DNA of 64,000 bases from Balanoglossus misakiensis (taxonomy: Eukaryota; Animalia; Hemichordata): the NCBI GenBank assembly GCA_040954595.2, contig CM082591.2, forward strand, positions 4,573,957-4,637,956, given 5' to 3'. Shown here piece after piece: positions 46,096-57,500 of this stretch. The stretch's first letter is position 1. Each line of letters starts with the position of its first letter. A program made the position numbers and the translations under genes. The notes beneath the pieces are model-generated. The model was given only the letters and a program-made list of their open reading frames with translations, was not told where the DNA came from and did no database searches.

Positions 46096-46684
46096 GCTGT
46101 AAGTTATTTTTCTTTATTATAAAACGGTTGTACTGGTGTTTCTTTGAATGCGAACGGTGACAGCAGTGAGCGTGCTGAACGAGAGGGGGCGAACGGAAGC
46201 CCTTGCCTCACAGTGACTACAGCAGGATTTAGGGGGTGTGAACGACTTGATACCCGCATTAAGATAAGCTGCCAGGTAAACCTCGGAAAGACGAAAAGTC
46301 GACTGCACTGGCTTGGAAATAATTCAACCATATTAATTTGGGTGATATGAGATTATAGACGGCAACAAACCTGGACTTCACAACCCAAAGAGAATCTAAG
46401 GCCTATTTATATCAAAATATTCTTTGATTGTAAATGATGTCTTACTAATCGCAATGGGAAGTTAACCCGACCGATGCCTATATCCCGTTAAGGCATGCAT
46501 GGCAATCTTTTATTATAAATCAAAAACATTGCTTTCAATAAATAGACCGGTACTTGTACTAACCCTGTCTGCGCATGACAATGGCAGCGACATTTCCAGA
46601 GAACGCAGGTACCACGTGGAGTTCGTGGAATCCTGTCACGTGATTTCAAAACAGGTACAGAGAGGCGTACACATCACACCAGCT

Positions 46685-48907
46685 ATGGCAGCAAAAGAGT
46701 CCAAGTTACTGGCGGAGATCGATGATAATTTCCTCTCCTGTGCTATCTGCTCGGAGCGATACAAGAACGCTAAACTGCTACCGTGTCTGCACAGCTTCTG
46801 TGAGCCGTGTCTGGGGAAGCTGGCCGAGAAAAGCGGTGTGATCGTCTGTCCAATATGTCGGCGTTCATACCAACTTCCCGATAGTGGTGTTGCAGGTATT
46901 GGCGCAAACCCATTCGTCAACGAACTGGTCGAACTGTTCAGAAAGCGAGACGAGGCTTCCGCAAAACCCTCAAAATGCGAAGGTTGTCAGGAGGCAGAAA
47001 CTATCAAACACTGCGTTGAATGTGGATTTGATTTGTGCAGAGTCTGTGCCAATTCTCATGGGCGGTTTCCAACAACCAGGTCACACCAACTGATGACCTT
47101 AGAAGAGTTCGAGTCAGCAAAGTCCGATGACCTCGCTTCTGTACAGCCACCGGTCTACTGCACCAATCACCCTGACAACCAAATCAAATTCTACTGTGAC
47201 TCGTGTGACGTAGCTATCTGCCATGAGTGCACCGCTTTGGACCATCCAATCACCGAGCATAAATACAGATACTTGAAAGACGCAGCCGCTGAATACTGCA
47301 AAGATCTGACAGAAGTAATCGACAAAGTGAAAGTGAAAGAAGACGAGGCCAGCCACAGCAAAGCCGTAGTCATGGAGACGGCCGAATCTCTCGACAGCTG
47401 TTATCAGACAGAGGACAAGAAAATGAAAGAACACATCCAGAAAACAGTCGATGACGTCACTCGTATGATACGTGAAAATGGTGATACACTTCTCGGAGAG
47501 CTCAAAGATGAATACGATAGAAGGAAAGTAAACTTAAATGCACAACTGAAAGAACTGGAATTTGCAGAGAGTGACATGTCAAATGCGAGAGAGTATGCCG
47601 AGAAGCTGATGCATTACGGGAATGCCACGCAGCTGATGTCAGCCAAGAAAGGGATTGCCACTCAAATGGAGGAATTGCTGAGAATGGAGACGAAAATTGA
47701 CCCGACTGAGACTGACTACATGGAGTTCAAACCGTGTGACGATTTCTGTGAAACAAAAACTGTGGGTGTGTTATGTACATCTGACATAACCAATGCCTGC
47801 ACTCTAGTTGATGTTGCAGAATTTGCACGGGTTGATGATGATATCGTCATCACCCTAGCAACAGACGCCAAGCAGAGAAAAGAAACGCACGAAGAAGTAG
47901 AAGTAGGGGCAGTCTTGACGAAACCAGATGACAGCCAAGAAGACCTGGAAACAACAAATAATGGTGACGGAAGATGGAGCTTGAAAACTCGTCCCAAGAT
48001 GACAGGAAATCATGAAATCTCGGTGTCGGTATCCAAGAAACCAGTCAAAGAGTCACCAGTTACAATTAATGTTATTCCACAGAAAGGTTTGATTTGTAAA
48101 TTTGGTCAGGAAGGGTCGGGAGTGGGGCAGTTGAGTAACCCACGGGGTGTCATGGTAACCAGGGGTGGCAATGTTAGAGTGTGTGATAGTGGTAATAATA
48201 GATTACAGACATTCACACAACATGGCCAACATAGAAGTATAACCACTTTCAGTAATATTTCAACCGCAGTTTCTCCGCATTATTCAGCGGTGTCAGGGGA
48301 TGGAAGTATCTTTACTACTGATTACAGTGGTTGTCAAGTCATCGTGCATGATGAGAATGGTAGAGTGATGCGATGTTTTGGCAAAGGTGTGATTAAATCC
48401 CCATACGGCATTGCGATACATCCTGTCAATGGGAGGGTTTATGTTGCTGATAATGTTGGTCATTGCATCCACATTTACAACCAAGATGGGCAACTTTACA
48501 AGTCATTTGGCTCTTGTGGTGCCCGTGTAGGTCAGCTTAGTTATCCTGTAGGTGTCATCATTGATTCTGCAGGGAAAGTCTTTGTAGCAGATAATGGCAA
48601 TCACCGTATTCAAGTGTTTGATGCTGAGGGTGATCATTTGTACAGCTTTGGAAGTCAAGGGTCAGGTGATAATCAGATGAGTTACCCCTGGGGGATATCA
48701 CTTGACAGTGCCGGCAATGTGTATGTGTGTGATAATGGTAATCACAGAGTGATGAAGTATGAGTCAGATGGTCAATTCATTGGTCGCATTAACAGTGATG
48801 ATAACTGGGCAGAAGGTCCATTAGGAATCTGTGTGACCGATGACAAGCCATTTGGCAATGTCATCGTGGTTAGCAATTATGGGTATGTGCAGGTGTTTGC
48901 ACAGTGA
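46685..48907 (+). CDS. Intronless TRIM-NHL E3 ubiquitin ligase (TRIM2/3/71-like: RING, B-box1, B-box2, coiled coil, filamin/Ig, NHL repeats), 740 aa; TRIM-A
   Basis: RING CAIC...PCLHSFCEPC...CPIC; B-box1 CEGC...CVEC...CRVC..H...H; B-box2 CTNH...CDSC...CHEC...H; NHL repeats (GQLSNPRGV, PYGIAI, YVADN, NHRIQVF). Start set at MAAKES by homology with the paralogs. Confidence 0.93.
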   Translation: MAAKESKLLAEIDDNFLSCAICSERYKNAKLLPCLHSFCEPCLGKLAEKSGVIVCPICRRSYQLPDSGVAGIGANPFVNELVELFRKRDEASAKPSKCEGCQEAETIKHCVECGFDLCRVCANSHGRFPTTRSHQLMTLEEFESAKSDDLASVQPPVYCTNHPDNQIKFYCDSCDVAICHECTALDHPITEHKYRYLKDAAAEYCKDLTEVIDKVKVKEDEASHSKAVVMETAESLDSCYQTEDKKMKEHIQKTVDDVTRMIRENGDTLLGELKDEYDRRKVNLNAQLKELEFAESDMSNAREYAEKLMHYGNATQLMSAKKGIATQMEELLRMETKIDPTETDYMEFKPCDDFCETKTVGVLCTSDITNACTLVDVAEFARVDDDIVITLATDAKQRKETHEEVEVGAVLTKPDDSQEDLETTNNGDGRWSLKTRPKMTGNHEISVSVSKKPVKESPVTINVIPQKGLICKFGQEGSGVGQLSNPRGVMVTRGGNVRVCDSGNNRLQTFTQHGQHRSITTFSNISTAVSPHYSAVSGDGSIFTTDYSGCQVIVHDENGRVMRCFGKGVIKSPYGIAIHPVNGRVYVADNVGHCIHIYNQDGQLYKSFGSCGARVGQLSYPVGVIIDSAGKVFVADNGNHRIQVFDAEGDHLYSFGSQGSGDNQMSYPWGISLDSAGNVYVCDNGNHRVMKYESDGQFIGRINSDDNWAEGPLGICVTDDKPFGNVIVVSNYGYVQVFAQ

Positions 48908-51059
48908 AGTGAAAGTGAAGTTTTAATAGAAACCAAATATAAAGATGTCGTGGCAACGGACAACTGACCACCATGGCATATTGTGATTCGAACATGTATC
49001 TTGTATAAATACATTTTATGGACACAACATTTTGTACAAGTAGTTCATTGTCGAAATTGTTCAGTCGTAAGCTTGTTCTGAAGAACTCTTCTTCCGAGTT
49101 TTGACATAGGAATACTTTCATGAACACGCATTTCAATTCAAAAATTCAAAAAATGTGATACTGCCTACATTACATTGATGAGTGTGCATAGCAATTAATT
49201 ATTCAGAAGTGTTAAAATGAGAATTTTGGGTTGATAAGATTAAATATATATTTTGCATAAAATATTATCATTTCATATGTCTATGTGGACAGTTTGTTAC
49301 AAATTTAAGTCGAGACTTGTATTTTGTCAGAAAAATGCTAATTTTTTTAGAAATCTTCCATGTAAAGTAGCTTTATAAAACATGTAATTGTAGTACTTAT
49401 ACAGGTTTTTGTTTTTTTGCAAATTATAGTTTCGCTTTGAAGAAAACTGACAATGTATGTTCGATCAACTTTGACTGAAAGAGTTGTGTGGGCAAACGAC
49501 ACACTCATGCTCCGTGTAGGTACGATATGCGTAATTTGTGAAATATTAAAAAAATAGCTTTGATTAAGCTTCAAAGCTTAAATATAATTCCTATGCTTGG
49601 TGTCTGAAACGTCTCATTTAATTCATAATATTTTGGAGAGAAACAAAATTTGCAAATGAACTGTCTGAAGGCTATGGTTAGTGTTATGGCACCTCCTGTT
49701 GTGTTTTGTTCGCGTAGTAGCTTGGTTCGAGAGGTTCATTATTTATTTTGCATGTCGCTGATCAGGGTCGCGACCACGTGTTTTTACTGTCCTACACCAC
49801 AACACCAGGTGAAGGTGTTCATTATAATATTATTCCGCCAGGTGTTCGCTGGTTTAGAAAGACGACGTGACGCTCTTAGATTTCACGTGGGACGGTGCAT
49901 GATACTTGAGTACGCCACGCTGACCTCAGAGATTGTTGCTGTATGTCGACTGTAGACTGAGTGACTGACTGAATGAACGAAGGACGAGCACTGCACAGGT
50001 ACTGCGGGATTGTCTGCGTTATCTGACTTTGACAGAGTGTGGAACGGAGGTGAGCGAGGATAAACGCTTTTGCCATGTCACCAGTGACGGACTTTGATAT
50101 CTGAATTGAATCCGACGACGTCAGCGTCCTTCATACAACCCCGTCGTATTGAGATCCGGACCGTGACGCTCAAGAGAATGCGGACTCGCTTCGAACAAAC
50201 TGCCTCTTCAGAGACCAAGCATGCAGGTAAATTATGATCACTTATGCAGAACTTCAAATTATGACGGGCAGGAGCAAGGTTAGCAGGCAGAACAGCGAAA
50301 TGCCTGCGTTGTGAGGGAATGTTGGCCGGGACCTGCGGCGGGCGGAAACAATAAGACGTAATCTCAACATAGGTTAATAATTCAACAGGTTCTGTTTATA
50401 AAGGTAGTATTTATAGATCATGGCAAATAAACGGACGGTCAACCCGGCACGTATTGCGGGTATCACGGATTATTGGAGATATTAGGCGAACAATTACAAT
50501 ATAAAGTTTTAACTAAGCCAGTCTGTTCATGCCCTACAAAAACACGTCAACCCGAACGCGGTTAACCATACTGCAGGAAAGCTATAATGTTCTATATTGT
50601 TTGATTTTTGTCCACAGTGAAGACGGGATTTGGGAAAAAATTGCACAGATAGGTCAATGTAACGGGTCTTTTTGTTCACTCATATAGTTTCACATGGCCG
50701 AGAGCTGCCTGATTAATTTGATTTCGTTTGACATGTCACCTAGTTTCTACATTGTGTAGATCTTGGCCTAATTACTAGTATGCCCTCTATAGTCGAATTT
50801 GACATTAATGAGATGCTATTGATCACCCTAAATTATGACTAAATTATGACGTAATTTCCAAGCGTAAAATTTCTACATTTTGATACTGATACAATACAGC
50901 AGCGTTTAGTGAGATTACAAAATGTACATTTAAATAATTCATTAAATTGGTTCTAAATGTTCTTCGACGTAAATATTTGATGGGGGGGCAGGGCGGCAGC
51001 ATGGCGATTTTTTTTTTTTTCAAAACAAACACGTTTGTTGAAAACAATAATGCTGATCA

Positions 51060-51065
51060 TTTATT
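51060..51065 (-). terminator. Candidate polyA signal of the ankyrin gene
   Basis: AATAAA on the - strand with a GT/T-rich downstream element; alternative hexamer at ~51573. Confidence 0.4.
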
Positions 51066-51670
51066 GGCACCTTTCGTACATCGTAATCATATTACACGAT
51101 TTTACATAATGAAATCTTCAAAATAAATCTTCTGTATATACATGATTTCGATTATAGTCAATTTAAATTGAAATGTGTGATGCAATTAAAAAATATTGTA
51201 AAAGAAATCTTTGCAAGAAAATGACAGGGTGTATTTCCGATATAAGGCACGTAATGACAAATCGTTTTCCAATTATATCTAACTAAACATGCCACTAGCT
51301 CCCTTGCATCGGTCATCTGCAAACTACGCGCCGACGCTACTCACTCGAAACCGGATTTTTTTCTTCAAAATCGGGCGATATTGCATATCAGTATTCTGAA
51401 ACGTATTTTTTCGTATTTAAGAGAAAATATACAAACGCCAAAATTGCTAGTACTGTACGTACATAAAATCTAGTTATTGCGGCATTGAACTTGAACTGAC
51501 TAAAGCAATTGCAAACGTGGTCTTGCATAAGATAATAAACTCATTTCATTTCCATGACAACACCAAACGAGTTTTATTGTTTACCGTTTTGACTATCGGT
51601 TTCAAACTTCTAAGTTCATGTCCAACACATATTTCAGTCGTCTCTGTGGGGCATTTTCTTCATGTGACCC

Positions 51671-51971
51671 TTAAAGGGAGACGATCGTCTAATGCGCATG
51701 TGCCAAAGCACAGACTCTGGTTACAAAAAATGTATACGGTCAATGTGATATTAAAGGAAGTGTGCTGTCCTAACAACAGACAAGATGGCGGCGACCATAG
51801 TCTGTGTTGGAAAAATATTTTGAGACAGCCAATCGGGTGAAATGACAGAACAGAATGGATGGAAGAGAATGCAGTCCACTATTTGAATGCGTCGAACAGA
51901 TTTGGCTTGGTCGTGATGTTTGTATACATGAAATTACGCACATGCGCATAAGATGATCTTTCGGCCTTTAA
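51671..51971. mobile_element. ~293-bp non-autonomous DNA transposon (MITE) with TTAA target duplication and imperfect ~30-bp TIRs (Kolobok-like AGG...CCT termini)
   Basis: Left end TTAA-AGGGAGACGATCGTCTAATGCGCATGTGC; reverse complement of right end TTAA-AGGCCGAAAGATCATCTTATGCGCATGTGC. Confidence 0.7.
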
Positions 51972-52005
51972 GAAGTTCAACAGTGTCTAGTTGTTTGTGA
52001 TTTGT

Positions 52006-54525
52006 TTACTGAACAACGCAGTTTTTGCCACTTTTCTGTTGCAAGTACTCCACCATATCCGCGTGGTTATTCCTCAGCGCCAGGTCCATCGGCGTTTCCC
52101 GATTTTCGTCTGGCAGGTTGACCTTCGCCCCGACCTTGATGAGAATGTGCGACACTGTCACGTGACCCTTCTCGGCCGCGTAGTGCAGGGGCGTTCGGCC
52201 GTAGGCGTTGACGCGCGTGAAGTTGGCGCCGTGCTCGATGAGAAACTGCACCACGTCGGCGTGCCCGTTGTCCGCGGAGACGTGCAGGGCCGACGAGTTG
52301 TACCGGTTGGTGGCGTCGATGGCCGCCCCTTTCATCAAGAGCATTTCGACCACGGGGAGTCTCCCGTTCGCGGCTGCGCGGTGCAGCGGTCTGTCTGTGT
52401 CCTCGGCGTTGATGAGGGCGCCCTTGTGGATTAACAGTTCCACCACGGCTAGGTGGCCCTCTTCAGCTGCGACGTGGATTGGTCGATGGAGCCACCCGTC
52501 GACCTCCGAGACTCGGTTGACGTCGGCGCCATTTTGGATGAGGTTTTCCACCATCAGAGTGTTGCCGTTCGACGCAGCGAGATGCAGCGGGGTGATTATG
52601 CCTTCCTCCGACGGGTTTACCTCGGCGCCGTTCTTGATCAGGAGCTCAACGACGGGGATGTGTCCGCCGGAAACGGCCGCGTGGATCGGGGTGATCTTGC
52701 ACCCTTGCTCGTCCTCTTCTCCGACCGCGTTCACGCTGGCCCCGTTGCGAATCAAGTAGTCGCAGCACTGCAGGTGGCCATTGGCGGCGGCCATCAGCAG
52801 AGGGGTGTCCTTGAACTTGTTCTCGGCGTCCACGGTGGCGCCCCGGTCCACCAGCAGTTTCACGATGTGAAGGTGCCCTCTCTCGGCGGCAAAGTGCAAA
52901 GGCGCCCAGTCCTCCTTGTCGCGCGCCTCCACGTCCGCGCCCCCGCGCAGCAGCATCCTGGCCACGTCCTGGTGGCCCTTGTCCGCGGCAAGGTGGAGAG
53001 CCGTGGCGTAGAAGGTGTTGGTAGCGTTGACCGTGGCTTCGTTCTTCAGCAGGACCTCCACGACCAGCGAGTGGCCCTTCTCCGCCGCGTAGTGCAGAGG
53101 TGTGCGGTTGTACTGGTTCATGGCGTCCACGTTGGCGCCTTCCTCCAGTAGCAGTTGCGCGACCGCCGAGTGGCCCTGGTCGGAGGCGTGGTGAAGAGGC
53201 GTGGCGTCGTAACTGTCGGTCGCGTCAACTCCAGCGCCCTCGTGGATCAGCATTTCCGCCACCAGCGTGTGCCCCTTGCCGGCGGAGTAGTGCAGCGGCG
53301 TGTTGCGCTTGTCGGTGGTCGCGTTGACCAGGGCGCCGCTCTGCAGCAGAACTTCCACGGTGTCCAGTTTCCCGGACGAGCAGGCCATCAGGAGCGGTGT
53401 GGCGCGGTGTTCCCCGGACGCGTCCACCAGGGCGCCGCGCTTCGCCAGGACCCTGACCACCCCGGTGTGGCCGTGGATGGAGGCCAGGTGCAGCGGGGTG
53501 GACTCGTCCCTGTTTCGCACGTTGGGGATGGCGCTGTTCTGCAACAGCATGTCCGTCACCGAGGCGTGCCCGTTACCGGAGGCAAAATGCAGCGGCGTGT
53601 TGCCGAACTCCCCGATGATGTTCACGTCACAACCCTTCCGCAGCAAGAACTCCACCACCGACAGGTGCCCCTTCTCCGCGGCTAAATGGATCGCCGTGTT
53701 CCCGTTCTGGTTCCGGCGATTTATGTGTGCTCCTCGCTGGATCAGAATTGACACGAGGCGCAGATGTCCGTTGTAGGCAGCCCGATGCAAGGGGGTTATT
53801 TTGTGCTTATTCCGCGCGTCGACCCACGCACCTTTCTGGAGCAACAGCTCCGCGATGTTCGGACTGCCGTAGTAGGAAGCCCGGTGCAGGGGTGTCTCTA
53901 AGTCCTCGTTCAAGACATTCACGTCGTGGAAGCCCTCTTTGGAGATGAGGTACACTGCGATGTCGTAGTGGCCCCAACTGGCCGCCCTGTGAAGCACCGT
54001 CTCTCCGCGCGTCGTCCGCGCGTTCACATTTGCGCCGGCTTTGATGAGCTTCTTCACACAGTCCAGTTTTCCCGCGCTGCAAGCCATGTGCAGCGGCGTG
54101 TTGTCGTACTTGCTGGTCACGTTGACGTGGTAACCGGACTTCATCAGCTTGCCGACGGCCTTCACGTCGCCGGCCCTGGCGGCGCGGTGCAGGGGCGTCA
54201 GGAACCGCTCCGATTCGGCCACCTCCTTGACGACGGTGACCACGTCGCCGTGGTTCAGCTTCTCGGCGATCTCTATCGCCGTCAGCCCGTAGAAATCATT
54301 GGCGGAGTCGTTCACCCGCTCGTCCTTGATCCGGTTAAAGTCCGCGTAGACGTACAGCGCCGCCACGAACTGGGGTCTGTTGAAGTAGGCAGCGTGGTGT
54401 AGCAGAGTGAAGCCTTCACGTTTGACGTACAAATCCGACATCTTGGACAATTCCAGCGCCGTGAACTGGTCGCCATTTTTCAGAGCCTCGTACAGCCGAA
54501 GCTCTACGGCTTGGCTGAAGTTCAT
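52006..54525 (-). CDS. Ankyrin-repeat protein, 839 aa in one coding exon (22 canonical + ~2 degenerate ANK repeats), C-terminal CaaX (CVVQ)
   Basis: TPLH..A..GH..V..LL..GA.VN repeats throughout. The ATG (MNFSQ) is preceded 13 nt upstream by a strong acceptor ttgtttcctctttcctgttacag, indicating a 5' intron. Candidate donors on the - strand lie at 56111 (CAG|gtgagt) and 56314. Confidence 0.92.
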   Translation of the reverse strand: MNFSQAVELRLYEALKNGDQFTALELSKMSDLYVKREGFTLLHHAAYFNRPQFVAALYVYADFNRIKDERVNDSANDFYGLTAIEIAEKLNHGDVVTVVKEVAESERFLTPLHRAARAGDVKAVGKLMKSGYHVNVTSKYDNTPLHMACSAGKLDCVKKLIKAGANVNARTTRGETVLHRAASWGHYDIAVYLISKEGFHDVNVLNEDLETPLHRASYYGSPNIAELLLQKGAWVDARNKHKITPLHRAAYNGHLRLVSILIQRGAHINRRNQNGNTAIHLAAEKGHLSVVEFLLRKGCDVNIIGEFGNTPLHFASGNGHASVTDMLLQNSAIPNVRNRDESTPLHLASIHGHTGVVRVLAKRGALVDASGEHRATPLLMACSSGKLDTVEVLLQSGALVNATTDKRNTPLHYSAGKGHTLVAEMLIHEGAGVDATDSYDATPLHHASDQGHSAVAQLLLEEGANVDAMNQYNRTPLHYAAEKGHSLVVEVLLKNEATVNATNTFYATALHLAADKGHQDVARMLLRGGADVEARDKEDWAPLHFAAERGHLHIVKLLVDRGATVDAENKFKDTPLLMAAANGHLQCCDYLIRNGASVNAVGEEDEQGCKITPIHAAVSGGHIPVVELLIKNGAEVNPSEEGIITPLHLAASNGNTLMVENLIQNGADVNRVSEVDGWLHRPIHVAAEEGHLAVVELLIHKGALINAEDTDRPLHRAAANGRLPVVEMLLMKGAAIDATNRYNSSALHVSADNGHADVVQFLIEHGANFTRVNAYGRTPLHYAAEKGHVTVSHILIKVGAKVNLPDENRETPMDLALRNNHADMVEYLQQKSGKNCVVQ

Positions 54526-57500
54526 GGTCGATTCAGGCCTGTAACAGGAAAGAGGAAACAATTTTAAGAGACAACTCAATTACCTGTAAAGGTGTATCCA
54601 ACTTCTGACTGTGTTCTTTCACGTTAAATATTTGTGTTGCTATGCGGGTCTCGTAAAATTTTTGCGGGACAGTGAGACACCGGTGACACACAAAAGACCC
54701 TGACTTTGACCTGCCAGGGCTAGTAGGCATATACACCTTTAAAAACATAAAAGATTGTAAATACTGTGGTTGATAGGCAGCGTTATCAAAAGACACAGAT
54801 AAGTGGTTTGAACCGTCAGCAGAAATATGACTGATTTTACCCCGTTCCCTGAGCCTACAGTTTGATGAGTACTTGAAATATTTTACGACACTTTTGTGTC
54901 GAATTTGCTGTGCTCTGACATGCATAGTCTGAAGTGGACGGTGCCTCGCTATTGAGATTTCTGCTAAGTGGACACTTCTGTTCAAAGCAGGGATATAAAT
55001 ATATGTCTGCATGGTACAGGGTCAGCTGATACTCCGAATTACGATCACCTGTCTTTGGGTTAACGACATCCGTTGTGTTGGCACTGACAATATGGAGACC
55101 GTGGCTAGTATGTATGTCGAATTTGCAGCTAACTTCCCTATACCCGAGTGAGATGGTAATATACGCATACATTTCCCCATACCCATACTGAATGTATGTA
55201 ATGTATTAACCAACAATTTTTCCGTGTATGTAACATGTTATGGTCGTTAAAGATCCATAATAATTATACTAAGAGCGTTTTTTTGACATCTAAGTTGAAA
55301 GAAATCGGCAATCATATAGCGCATTACACAATGTAATGGTATCAAGGGGTTATTAGTTGTAAAGGGTTGTACTGTACAAACGATACTGTCTATGTGTGTC
55401 TTCCTTGTGGAAAAAATTTCAACGAATTTTAAATTCTGCCACTCTGCGAAAATGTTGGTTTGTTTGTGATTTTATCGTTTTGAAAATACTACAGGTGTCA
55501 ACGAGAGCTAAATTCAGCAGACTGACTTCACCGAGTGGGTGGATGACCGAATAACAGAAATATTCGATAATAATCAAACCGTTTATGGGTCTACACTGAC
55601 AGTTACGATGAGGTCACATGTTCTGCATTTTGCCCACTCACCGAAAACGACGACGGTCACTGTGCATACCGTTTACTCAGTTTAAAAACGCCATCGAAAC
55701 CGAATTTGATTTATCATGGAAAATATGGTCAACAGAATAAGAAATCGAGAAGTGGCACTAGATATACCGCTCAATTAACACAGGATAATATATTACTGTA
55801 GTAAAGTTCGGATTGTCCATTGTTCGGATTGGCTAGCTAATAAATTCTTAGTTGAGCGATCAGAAGTTGCGGTGTCTACGTAAAGGTGTCCCGGAAAATG
55901 TCGGGACGTTTCTGTAATAAGCAGGTCTGAGTAGAAACGTCGGCAACTGAAATGTCCGCGTCCGCGTCCGCGTCTGCATGTGCGCTTTGCATACGCATGT
56001 ACGTCGAGATCTCATCTTTACCTGTACATGTATTATTATTAGCCTGTGTTGGTTCTAAAATGGCGCTTCTAAGTTCTCCAGAAGCGGTTTTGGACAGAGA
56101 CTGACACTCACCTGTAGGAATCGTAGGTCGGCATTTTGAATGTTGGCGAATTCAAACAAAGCCTGACTTTTGAAGCGTGTTCGTTATATGCCACTCCAAA
56201 TCGTGCTGGCTGCCGTTAGTTTAGAAAATGATTTACCATTGTGTAAACACTTTGTACGGGTCATGGACGTCGGGGCGGCAGCAAGCCAAACAGTTGTGGT
56301 GTAGATAAACTTACCCTATCCGAAAAAAATAAGACAAAACTCGATCTGCTGGTACTTTCAGAAGTTTCTTACACTGTACGTGTAGAGAATATGTTTGCTT
56401 GCATTTTCGTTTTCAGTGACGAAGTGTTGCATTTTGGGAAATTGTACCAGGTTGCGCCTGGAGATGACGTCATACTGCGACTAACTTTTTTTATAAGCGC
56501 CCGACAAGTGAGGATTAACCGAGTACGTGTAATACTATTATCGTCGTATATCAGCTTGCTATTCTGACCACTGCACATTTCATTTTGAAGCCGTTGCCAG
56601 GGCTGCGCGTACAGTGCGCGTCTGTGCCATAGCAACCCTTTCACAATGTGTTCATTCCACGCACTTAAATCGCCAATCGCGCGTTTGATTATTAGCATCG
56701 ATGGAACTGAGAAAAAAATTCACCCCATCGACTGAGCTATGGAATAATGCCCGAGATAAACAAAACACACCAAATTCGCTTAGTTTTGCTTACACCATTT
56801 CAAGTAATATATGCCTGAAAGAACTTTTTCCGTCATGATTTCAACGCCAGACTTTCAAGTCAAATTATATGATCACTTGCCTCAAAATACCCTCAGCAAT
56901 TTTTTGCGCTTGATATGTTTATTTCTCTTTCTCGTCTCGACAGGTTTTGGCTTTTGCAGACGATGAGCATGAAGTCTGACCGATTACAAGACCGTGACGT
57001 CATCTGTTGGAACTGTATCAACTAAAGGTAAATACTCTGAAAGGTTGCTATCACGGTAATAGTTACGAATATGTCTATCCCAGTTTCTTGTACTGCTCTC
57101 TTAGCTTGTCAACTTTTTATACTACCCCGGGCATCAGTAGTACTCAGTTTGTAGGACTGGAATAAACCACTTTGTTCTTGTGAGGGGGGTTCACATAGGT
57201 CACATAATTGATAACCTATATGTAACGGTCATCGTTATTGTTTACACAATTTAAGTCCCGGCTCGATTTCAAATTTTAACGATAAAATTGTACAGTACAG
57301 TCCTTGTTGACGTGTCATATTTAAGTGTTTCGCTATGTCGGCTTCAACGGGTGAGACGTGAAAAAATTTTCACCAAATTTTGGTAGTCCGTTCACCTCAG
57401 GCTGAATATGCGACCATACACACTTCGACGAAGACAGGCAAAAAGCAGCACGGCGTAGATGCGGTCATTTCGTTGTTTATGAACTGCATGTAACGGAGCA

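Noticed and set aside
46499-46684. 62-aa N-terminal extension of the TRIM-A ORF
   Set aside because: Paralogs start at MAAKES, and the extension spans TATA-like, AT-rich sequence; more likely promoter or 5'UTR.
51991-54402. Several 150-230 aa + strand ORFs overlapping the ankyrin gene
   Set aside because: Antisense shadows of a GC3-rich CDS with no recognisable domains.
54526-54579. TTG-started N-terminal extension of the ankyrin ORF
   Set aside because: Runs through a polypyrimidine tract and AG acceptor, so it is mostly intronic; an upstream coding exon cannot be excluded.
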